From contig CAVZRV010000017.1 in the NCBI GenBank assembly GCA_963777605.1, positions 1 through 15,606 on the forward strand: a stretch of DNA of 15,606 nt, read 5' to 3'. Under the pieces are notes generated by a model, which did not search any database, was not told the DNA's origin, and saw only the letters and a list, made by a program, of their open reading frames with translations. Below, piece by piece: positions 1 through 7,242 of this stretch. Position 1 is the stretch's first letter. Each line of letters starts with the position of its first letter. This DNA is from an uncultured Acidobacteriota bacterium (GTDB taxonomy: Bacteria; Acidobacteriota; UBA6911; RPQK01; JAPXNP01). The position numbers and the translations under genes are program-made.

Positions 1-64
1 CTGTCAACCGCCGCTTCACAAAACGCTCCGATCCTTTTCGAGAAAGACATTGTTATCTTGGCTG

Positions 65-471
65 TCAACACCTTACGGAAGAACCGCTTAGCTGCTTTCG
101 TGTTTCGTTTCTTGGTTGCCGGGATCTCGAGAACATCGCCATCCTGATCGACTGCTCTCCAAAGAGAGAACTGTTGGCCCTGAATCTTCACGAAGATTTC
201 GTCTACGTGCCAGATATCACCGCCTCGCCCATGTCTGCTTCAGATTTTCCGGGCGAATTCTGGCCCGAACTTGAGACACCAGAATCGGATTGTCTCGTAG
301 GAGACGATGATTCCACGCTGGGCAAGAAGGTCCTCGATAACTCGGAAACTGAGTGTGAACCGGTAATAGAGCCACACTGCATGGCTGAGGATCTCCGCCG
401 GGAAGCGATCCCTCGATAGCTGGGTTCCATTTCCTAATTGTCGCCGACTGGTGCTCAACTTGAACAGTGCC
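65..471 (-). mobile_element. IS6-family element, 5' part only (copy A), with transposase pseudogene
   Basis: Left IR GGCACTGTTCAAGTTGAG ends at 471. ATG at 430. Translation gives MEPSYRG/RFPAEILSHAVWLYYRFTLSFRVIEDLLAQRG...WHVDEIFVKI...LWRAVDQDGDVLEI...RFFRKVL, typical of IS6 transposases. There is a 1-nt deletion near 409 relative to the copy at 14773 and a premature TGA at 240-242. Similarity stops near 65. Confidence 0.9.
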
Positions 472-522
472 ATCCCTCGACCGCCCGATTATCAGAACCC
501 CTCGGCTGTTGCTGTGGTCCCC

Positions 523-1883
523 TCAGTCTACGCGGTGAGCCGCGAATTCGCGCAGTCCCATCAGGCTGAAGCGTAGTTCATCGACCGTTCCCCCCTGGCT
601 GCGGAGGAACGTGATCGTGGCCGGAAATCCAACCGGATGAAATACCGTCTCCGAGTCCGCAAACAGCTCCTCTTTCCCATTCTTGCTTTCTCCCAGGAGG
701 TGGCCGTCTTCGAGGGTGATGGTGAAAATTTCGCCGGACTCGCTGGTGATCTGTGCCGGGGCATCAAGGCGATAGCGCCCCACGTAGGTGCGCAAAACGG
801 ACGCATCGACCTCAACGGGAACTGGAACCTGGTCGGGAGCCAGCTTTCATCCAGGAAAATGGCTGCAATCGCGTGGGCCAGATCGGCGGCGCTGGGCAGG
901 GGCCCGGGCGGACGCATCCCGATATTGCTCAGCACCACAACACTGAAGTGCAGGTCCGGATATCGAGCGATGAACGAGTTGAACCCGGTGATGTCGCCTC
1001 CGTGGGAGATTTCACGCGCACCGCGAAACTCGGTGATCATCCAGCCGAATCCATAGGGGGCCTTTCGGCCATCGTTTAACTGTACCGGCGTCAATGCTGC
1101 CTCGATACTGGCGGGACGAAGCAGGCGATTGTCATACCAGGACTGGTCCCACAGATAGAGATCCTCGACCGTAGAATGCAGACCGCCTGCGGCATAGGCG
1201 TCTTCCACGGAATGGGGAGGCGTCGCCCGAAGACCATTGCCGTCGTTCAGGTAGCCCTGGGCTCGCGAGGAGACCGATGCCGCCGAGTCGAGACCCGTGT
1301 TTTCCATCATCAGGGGCTTGAAGATGTTCTCATCCAGAAACACGGCATAAGAGAGGCCCGAGACTTCCTCGATGAGTTTGCCCAGCACCATGTACCCCGT
1401 GTTGCTGTAGTTCAGCCGATCCCCCGGGCTCGCGTCGAGAGGCATCGCGTTCGCCTGATCATAACTGACAAAGTCCGGCAAGCCGGAGGTGTGGGTGAGC
1501 AGCTGTCGGACCGTGATATCGCTGTGTGAGAAGTCGGGCAGATAAGCCTGAACCGGCTGATCGAGATTGATCCGACCTCGCTCGCTCAAAATCAGGACGG
1601 CGGCAGCGGTGAACTGTTTGGTCACCGATGCGATACAGACCCGGGTGGTCGGGGTCAGGGGCACCTCTTTTTCGACGTCTGCCAGGCCGTATCCCTGCTC
1701 GTACAGCACCCGGCCGTTTTCGGTAACCAGGATCGCGGCTCCCGGTGCCGTTGCGCCAATCGTCTGAAACAAGGCATCTACTTTCCGGGCAGGGGAATTG
1801 TCCATCACCGGAGCCGCCCCCAGAAAGGAAGACAGCAGCATCGTGAAGGCTGGAAACAGAATCGCGTGTCGGTCGCAGTGCAT
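523..1883 (-). CDS. Secreted serine hydrolase (beta-lactamase class C/PBP-like fold) with a DUF3471-like C-terminal domain, split by a 1-nt frameshift near 845-847
   Basis: RBS GAGGAG 5 nt before ATG at 1883. Signal-peptide-like N-terminus. Motifs SxxK (ASVTKQF), LLTHTSGL, YSN (NYSNTGY) and HGG (SHGGDITGF). Adding one A at GAA-AG-CTG joins it to ORF 523..795 (FLDEKLAPDQVPVPVEVDASVLRTYVGRY...). Confidence 0.88.
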
Positions 1884-2195
1884 GTGAACTCCTCGGGCAC
1901 TCTGAATCTGGCGCAGAGGCCACAGCAGGAGAACGCATCCAGTACTTGGAAGGTTCTCCGGACCGGCCGGGAACTCCCCGGTGGCGGGTTTCCGATTCCG
2001 CGAGATTCTCGGGGTTCCGAGGTTTCGAGTTTCGGCGCGTAGGGTGCGATCGAGGCACGGATCTCGCGAAGCCTCCCTGAGCCGGACCCTTTTCCGCGGC
2101 GCACCTCATAACCGAATCGCTCGGGTAGGCCACTGACCCGTTACAAGAAGTAACTTTGCCTCATCCCGTCTTGGCGGTTTATGCAATATTCGGGC

Positions 2196-2786
2196 TCAGG
2201 TGCTCGAGGTGATATCGTCATGGTCCACGTGATCGGTGTGGTCGTCGTGCCAGTCACAGTGAAACTCCCGATGGGTCTGATCCGTGTGATCGGAATGTGA
2301 CTTCGGCAGATCGACATGCCGAGGGTTGGCTTCGTCCGTATGATCTCCGTGATCGTCCCAGTGCCGGCCTTTGTCCGCATGATCGTCCACATGGTTCGGG
2401 TGAGGGGGCACGGGATCGGTGCCCCGGCTGTCCGAATGATAGTCCAGGTGGGGGTCGCGATAATCGGCGTGGGGAAATCCCGAGTCGTAATGCGGACTAC
2501 CGACATTGGTCTGGTCGGCATGCCAGTCAACGTGAGAACGCCGGGCCGACGGGAGATCGTGACCGGGAAAGCCGGCTATCCCCTCGATTTCCCCCCGTAA
2601 TCCCACTTCGTGGAAAAATAGGTGGAGCGCGAACAGGTCCAAACCGGCAAGGGACTTCGGATCGACCCCCACCTTTTCCCAGGTCTCCGGCGCGACGCGC
2701 CCCAACACCTCCTTGGTGCTGGGCGGACCGATCGAATCCTGGTGTTGGCCGGAATCGGCGTGATCTTGATGTTTGCTGTCTTTCAT
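2196..2786 (-). CDS. His-x-Asp repeat protein (196 aa), putative multi-core RiPP precursor or metal-binding protein
   Basis: Strong RBS AAGGAGG lies in the last codons of the upstream gene, and the ATG is 3 nt after its stop. 22 of its 27 His residues have Asp two residues later. Precursor role is inferred from context. Confidence 0.85.
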   Translation of the reverse strand: MKDSKHQDHADSGQHQDSIGPPSTKEVLGRVAPETWEKVGVDPKSLAGLDLFALHLFFHEVGLRGEIEGIAGFPGHDLPSARRSHVDWHADQTNVGSPHYDSGFPHADYRDPHLDYHSDSRGTDPVPPHPNHVDDHADKGRHWDDHGDHTDEANPRHVDLPKSHSDHTDQTHREFHCDWHDDHTDHVDHDDITSST

Positions 2787-2789
2787 TCG

Positions 2790-4289
2790 TTAGCCTCCTT
2801 GATGGACTCGAGCCCAGAGGACCGAAGGGGCGGTCGCTTCGAGGGGCAGGAAACCCGCCTTGCGCGCCAGAGACGCAAGGCCCCCTTCCCGCTGCAGCCA
2901 GTCTCCATAGGCATAGAGCAGTAGTTTCGCCGAGCTGCTTTGCAGCCACGATCTGAGTTTGGCGCCCTCTCGATCCTCTACCTCCAGAAGCCTGCCCGGC
3001 GTCAACAAAATGATCGAATAGCGCTTTCCGGACCAGCTCTTTGCGAGTTTGAAGAGGTCGCCGCAAAAAAAACGGTCTGCGTCATCGGGCAGCAATCGTC
3101 CGGCGTGTGCGACGGCCTTAGGGTTCCGGTCCACGCCGAAGGGCTGGATCCGAGGATTCAAGCGCCGGACCGACGCCAGAAGCGCCCCATTGCCACAGCC
3201 CAGATCCAAGACCGCTCCTTCCTGCTGCTGTTCCACCGACCGGCAGATCGCCTGGACGATGGGATGGTGGGCCGTCTTCATGGCCTGCAGTGAAGGGAAA
3301 CCGTTATCTTCGAAATACCACGAGGGGGGCTTCTCGTTCGGGCTCTGGTGGGAAAGCCCTTTCTGAAAAGAGGGCGAAACGGTGAGGGGGCGCTTGCGGG
3401 GAGCCTGGTAGGGAAATCGAATGCCGTCGGCACCCTCTTCCGGGTACCCTTCTCCCCGCCTCCTGACGACCAGTTTGGTGGGCGTGGCGTCGGTGCGGAC
3501 GGTTACCTTAACCACAGGAGTCTTGATCTCCGCGATTCCGTGCAAAGCCGACCACTCAACCGGCCAGGAAAGCATCTCCAGGAGCCGGTCCATCTCCGCC
3601 TCGTAACCGAGCTCGTTGCCCACTTCGCGGAGCCTCTGGGCCACTTCCACCGTCGACGGACAGCGGAAACTGCAAGGGAGATGAAACACCGCCCGAACTC
3701 CCAGCCAGCGCAGGAGAATGTTGGCTTCGGGAGGGCCGGAAAGTTGGACCGCCTGGTCAGAAAATTCAGCATCCGGCGTATTGGCTGCCATCGACCAGGT
3801 GGTATCGAGCCACCGTTCGCGAATCCAGACTCGTTCAAAGAACCGGCGACAGCAGCGAGGGTAGCCCAAAAGTTCTCCCAGTGCGCTCTGGTCATTCTTC
3901 GTCCAGAATTCCTGAAACTTCGCCAGGGCGTCAATCTTCCCCGCCACCACCCGGAAGGTAAAAGGCTTCCCGGGCTCAGGTGGTTCGAGAACGGACGAAT
4001 AGGGGAGATCGGTGGCTGCCCCCTTGGCCAGGGGGAGGACGCTCAGGCCGAAGGAAGCCAACTGCGCGCTGTAGTCGGGGAGCCGCTCGGGCGAGACGCT
4101 CTGCAGGGCGCAAGCTCGAACCTGTTCTGCCACGGAGCGCCATTCGAGTTCGGACCACGCTCGAGAAATGCGTTGGATTTCAGGTTCCCACTTCCGCCGG
4201 GCCAGATCGCTGACCCAGCTGTAGCGGGTGAACTCGGGAAGAGTTGCCGGCAGCCGGTCGATGCCCGCCGCATCGGAACCGGACGGCAT
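2790..4289 (-). CDS. Two-domain protein: uncharacterised N-terminal Cys/His-motif domain plus C-terminal class I SAM-dependent methyltransferase
   Basis: Motif I VLDLGCGNGALL, then GVDRNP and GDLF in the C-terminal part. The N-terminal part has LLGYPRCC and HLPCSFRC. The start is uncertain: ATG 4289, ATG 4346, or fused to the rSAM. The first ~200 aa of the 700-aa ORF call overlap the rSAM in another frame. Confidence 0.82.
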   Translation of the reverse strand: MPSGSDAAGIDRLPATLPEFTRYSWVSDLARRKWEPEIQRISRAWSELEWRSVAEQVRACALQSVSPERLPDYSAQLASFGLSVLPLAKGAATDLPYSSVLEPPEPGKPFTFRVVAGKIDALAKFQEFWTKNDQSALGELLGYPRCCRRFFERVWIRERWLDTTWSMAANTPDAEFSDQAVQLSGPPEANILLRWLGVRAVFHLPCSFRCPSTVEVAQRLREVGNELGYEAEMDRLLEMLSWPVEWSALHGIAEIKTPVVKVTVRTDATPTKLVVRRRGEGYPEEGADGIRFPYQAPRKRPLTVSPSFQKGLSHQSPNEKPPSWYFEDNGFPSLQAMKTAHHPIVQAICRSVEQQQEGAVLDLGCGNGALLASVRRLNPRIQPFGVDRNPKAVAHAGRLLPDDADRFFCGDLFKLAKSWSGKRYSIILLTPGRLLEVEDREGAKLRSWLQSSSAKLLLYAYGDWLQREGGLASLARKAGFLPLEATAPSVLWARVHQGG

Positions 4290-4317
4290 CGCGTCTGTCC
4301 GGTTGTCCAGCTTTTCA

Positions 4318-5565
4318 CTATCTCCGATCGTCCCAGTGATCCCCATGACCGTGTTCCTTGCTCGGGCTGGCCGCCCCCTGGTGTGGGCGGAGGACCGTCT
4401 CGTAGTAAGCGGTTTCCAATTTCTCCAGTGCGGCGGACATACTCGTGTTTTGCCCTTCGCTCCAGCATCGGAGAAACTCCTTTTCCATAGCCGTCCGGAC
4501 GGGGTGCGCCGAGATCGGCATGCGGCCTGCCTCGAGAGCCTCTTCTTCGAGTTCACGGAAAAGCGTCTTCCAGATCTCGCAGTGTTCGGTTCGGTTCCGC
4601 CAATCTCCATCGATGGCGGTTCCCGGGCACTGACCCTTGCACATGAGAAAAAAACGACAGCCCTGGCAGCCCCCCCACTCCTGGGGCGTCTGGTAGAGAG
4701 CCAGATAGCGTTCGAAGCCGGGCGAGTCCGATTTCGTGAAGTCGACCCCATCCTTATTGGTCCTGCCGCAATTGCTTCTTTGTCCCCTTCCCTCGACGCC
4801 TCGAACCGCCCGCGTCGTGTTCGGATCGCAGGCCATCCAGACGCAGGTGGCGGCGGCGTCCTGGGCGAAGAGCAGCTTCTCCATGTCTTCAAAGACGTCG
4901 AAGCGGATGAACTTCAGCTGTTTCTGAAGTTCCCGGAAGCTCCGAAGGGCCCGGATATTCTCTTCCGGCGTCAAGGCGTATTTGCGCCGAATGGCTGCAC
5001 TCTCTACCTCCAGCAGATGGAGGCGGATGGAACGGACTCCGATCGACTCCAGGTAAAGGACCCATTGCTGGAGTCGGGGCAACTTTTCCGAGGTCGCATT
5101 CGTGCGATGGAGAGTGAGAATCAGGCTGGGAGGAATCCTCTCGGAGCAGAGGCGCTCGATGGCCTGCTCCGTCTTCTCTGTGGCCTGACGGGTGCGCTCC
5201 GGAGAGCCGGCCCAGCGGGCGTCGTTGAGTGCTCCGGGGCCGTCCACCGAAATCCCTACGTGCACGCGGTACTTCTTGAACAACTCGATATGCCGGTCGG
5301 TAATCAGGGATCCGTTGGTCTGCACGCCATTGGAGCCGAAACGCTCGAGCCCCCAGGCCCACAGATCTTCCAGATCCTCGACGGGAACCATGAGAGGCTC
5401 CCCGCCGAAAAGTGTGAAGGGGCCGCCTTCGGTCTCGATGGCCTCCTTCATCGCCTCCAAATCGTAGGAACGGGTCAGGTTGCCGGCGTCTCTCTGCAGG
5501 TTCTGGTAACAGTACTGGCAGGCAATGTTGCAGTTGACGCCGAGCGGCCGGAGTTCGATGCTCAT
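4318..5565 (-). CDS. Radical SAM/SPASM-domain enzyme (415 aa), putative peptide maturase
   Basis: RBS AAGGAG 5 nt before ATG at 5565. CxxxCxxC (CNIACQYC), GGEP, QTNG and ISVDGP motifs. C-terminal Cys set CVWMAC...C...CQGCRFFLMCKGQC...C includes the SPASM Cx2Cx5Cx3C signature. Confidence 0.95.
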   Translation of the reverse strand: MSIELRPLGVNCNIACQYCYQNLQRDAGNLTRSYDLEAMKEAIETEGGPFTLFGGEPLMVPVEDLEDLWAWGLERFGSNGVQTNGSLITDRHIELFKKYRVHVGISVDGPGALNDARWAGSPERTRQATEKTEQAIERLCSERIPPSLILTLHRTNATSEKLPRLQQWVLYLESIGVRSIRLHLLEVESAAIRRKYALTPEENIRALRSFRELQKQLKFIRFDVFEDMEKLLFAQDAAATCVWMACDPNTTRAVRGVEGRGQRSNCGRTNKDGVDFTKSDSPGFERYLALYQTPQEWGGCQGCRFFLMCKGQCPGTAIDGDWRNRTEHCEIWKTLFRELEEEALEAGRMPISAHPVRTAMEKEFLRCWSEGQNTSMSAALEKLETAYYETVLRPHQGAASPSKEHGHGDHWDDRR

Positions 5566-5663
5566 CTGCACTCCTTGTCGAAACCGGAGCCCCGAGCGGA
5601 CGGGTTCCGACGTACCTGTTCCGTCTAAGAATAGTTGACAGAGGTAGTAATTTAGTTACCGGA

Positions 5664-5692
5664 ATTCTATAGGCGAGCAAGAGCCCTGTCAA
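5664..5692 (-). promoter_or_regulatory. sigma70-type promoter for the rSAM cluster
   Basis: Minus strand reads TTGACA (5692-5687), 17-nt spacer, TAGAAT (5669-5664), about 100 nt upstream of the rSAM start. Confidence 0.75.
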
Positions 5693-5912
5693 GACGTCGA
5701 ATTGCCTCTGTCAAGTTGTCGAGTCGCCAGCCAGTTCGACCCAGAATATGCCCGGGTTCAGTTCCTGTTCAGCAGGCACACGTGACCACTTTCCAATCTG
5801 TGAACGCTCGGTCGCGAAGCAGTCGATAATGGATTGTTTTCAGATGGTGCCGGCCAACCCGGAACAGACTTTGAACTTGACCATGGACAACCGGCAATCG
5901 TTGAGCCTGGGC

Positions 5913-7193
5913 CAGTAGTGTCCGGGGAAAATAAAAGGGGCTAGACGGCTTGAAGAGCCTCCTGTAGTTATTGGCTTGTCCAAACCCAACAAATAAGGAG
6001 GGTTCAAGCCGTGGCTCATGAGAATACCATCTTCAGCCAACTTTTCCACTTCATTCCTCGACATGTTTTTGCGCAGGCCGTCGACCGCTTTCGGGCGGAC
6101 CGATATAGCAAACGCTTTTCAGCCTGGCAGCAGTTGCTCGTGCTGCTCTACGCACAGATCTCGGGCAAGGACTCGTTGCGGCCAATTGTCAGTGGCTTGG
6201 GAGCCCACGGACCCCGCCTCTATCACCTGGGGCTGTCGAGTGTCTCCCGTTCCACACTGGCCGACGCCCTCAGCCGCCGTCCGGCCGCGTTGTTCGAACA
6301 CCTGTTTTATGCCGTTCTCGCCCGGGCCCAGCATCTGGCGCCGCCCCACAAGTTTCGCTTCAGAAATCCCCTGTATTCGCTGGACTCGACCACCATCGAC
6401 CTCTGCCTGAGCGTCTTTGACTGGGCTCGCTTTCGCCGACGAAAGGGTGCCATCAAGCTCCATTTCCAGTTGGACCACCGCGGGCATCTGCCGGTCTTTC
6501 TGGTTCTGACCGAAGGCAATGTCCATGACATGACCGTCGCTCGGAATCACTTTCCTCCCCAACCCGACAGCATCTACTGCTTCGATCGGGCCTATCGGGC
6601 CCTCGACTGGTGGAACCAATTCCAGCGCTGTGGCGCTTTCTTCGTGACCCGGGCCCTGGCCAATCAAAGTTTCCGGGTTATCGGACAGCACGCCTCGCCG
6701 ACTGCTCCTTCGATCCTCGCCGACGAGTTGATCGAGCTCGAAGGACAGGTCTCCCATCGGAAATACCCCCATCCCCTGCGCCTGATCACCTTCCAGGATC
6801 CCGTCACCGGCCGCACCTACCGCTTCCTCACCAACCACTTCCGTCTCGCCGCCACCACCATCGCCGAGATCTATCACCAGCGCTGGCAAATCGAGACCTT
6901 CTTCCGTTGGGTCAAGCAGAATCTCAAAATCAAAACCTTCCTCGGCACTTCCCGCAACGCCGTCCTGGCTCAGATCTGGGTGGCCATGATCTACTTCCTG
7001 CTGCTGGCCTACTTCCGTTTCCTCAGCCGCTCCCCCTTCTCCCTGACCGCACTCACCCAGCGCATCGCCGACACCCTCATGCACCGGGTCAACTTGCTCG
7101 AAGTCGTCGCTCTCGCCCGAATTCCGCCTCCTCCGGATCGACCTTCTCCTCAGCTCTCCCTGTTCCCTGCTTGAGGTTTACCGGACAGCACTG
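5913..7193 (+). mobile_element. IS4-family insertion sequence (1281 bp), apparently intact
   Basis: Terminal IRs CAGTAGTGTCCGG (from 5913) and CCGGACAGCACTG (to 7193) match at 11/13. A perfect 9-bp TSD AGCCTGGGC lies at 5904-5912 and 7194-7202. Confidence 0.95.
6011..7174 (+). CDS. IS4-family DDE transposase with DUF4372-like N-terminus
   Basis: RBS TAAGGAGG. Motifs SLDSTTIDL, FDRAY and YHQRWQIETFFRWVKQNL (YREK). Uninterrupted 387-aa ORF. Confidence 0.95.
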   Translation: MAHENTIFSQLFHFIPRHVFAQAVDRFRADRYSKRFSAWQQLLVLLYAQISGKDSLRPIVSGLGAHGPRLYHLGLSSVSRSTLADALSRRPAALFEHLFYAVLARAQHLAPPHKFRFRNPLYSLDSTTIDLCLSVFDWARFRRRKGAIKLHFQLDHRGHLPVFLVLTEGNVHDMTVARNHFPPQPDSIYCFDRAYRALDWWNQFQRCGAFFVTRALANQSFRVIGQHASPTAPSILADELIELEGQVSHRKYPHPLRLITFQDPVTGRTYRFLTNHFRLAATTIAEIYHQRWQIETFFRWVKQNLKIKTFLGTSRNAVLAQIWVAMIYFLLLAYFRFLSRSPFSLTALTQRIADTLMHRVNLLEVVALARIPPPPDRPSPQLSLFPA

Positions 7194-7242
7194 AGCCTGG
7201 GCAATCGATTTGAATCGACGAAACTGCCGTTCCTTCTCGGTA

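Larger units (their letters stand above)
5704..7242 (-). pseudogene. IS6-family transposase 3' remnant (copy B), interrupted by the IS4 element
   Basis: Joining 7242-7203 to 5912-5769 reads TEKERQFRRFKSIAQAQRLPVVHGQVQSLFRVGRHHLKTIHYRLLRDRAFTDWKVVTCAC*, homologous to the C-terminus of the other IS6 copies. A degenerate right IR GCCTCTGTCAAGTT is at 5704-5717. Confidence 0.85.

Noticed and set aside
1-69. Direct repeat CTGTCAAC at 1-8 and 62-69, possibly another element end
   Set aside because: At the window edge with too little context, and the second copy is part of IS6 coding sequence.
561-1883. Calling the serine hydrolase a beta-lactam resistance gene (ampC)
   Set aside because: The SxxK/YSN/HGG motifs and extra C-terminal domain fit general peptidases or esterases. 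Nothing supports a resistance role.
1459-2133. 224-aa ORF spanning the precursor-hydrolase gap
   Set aside because: It overlaps the hydrolase out of frame, has biased Arg/Pro/Ser composition and no motif.
2140-2154. Palindrome GTTAC-N5-GTAAC between the precursor and hydrolase genes
   Set aside because: Only 5-bp arms, a single occurrence and no assignable regulator.
2214-2534. Repetitive look of the DNA (possible CRISPR or tandem repeat)
   Set aside because: No constant repeat-spacer structure. The pattern comes from His and Asp codons.
4347-4892. N-terminal extension of the 700-aa ORF 2790..4892
   Set aside because: It overlaps the rSAM SPASM region in another frame and is Arg/Ser/Pro-rich, as off-frame translations usually are.
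4228-5628. 466-aa plus-strand ORF, and 3348..4490 (380 aa)
   Set aside because: Antisense shadows of the rSAM and methyltransferase genes, expected in GC-rich coding DNA, with no recognisable motifs.
6119-7084. 321-aa minus-strand ORF; likewise 8075..9022 (+) and 11730..12329 (-)
   Set aside because: Each lies antisense to a well-supported gene.
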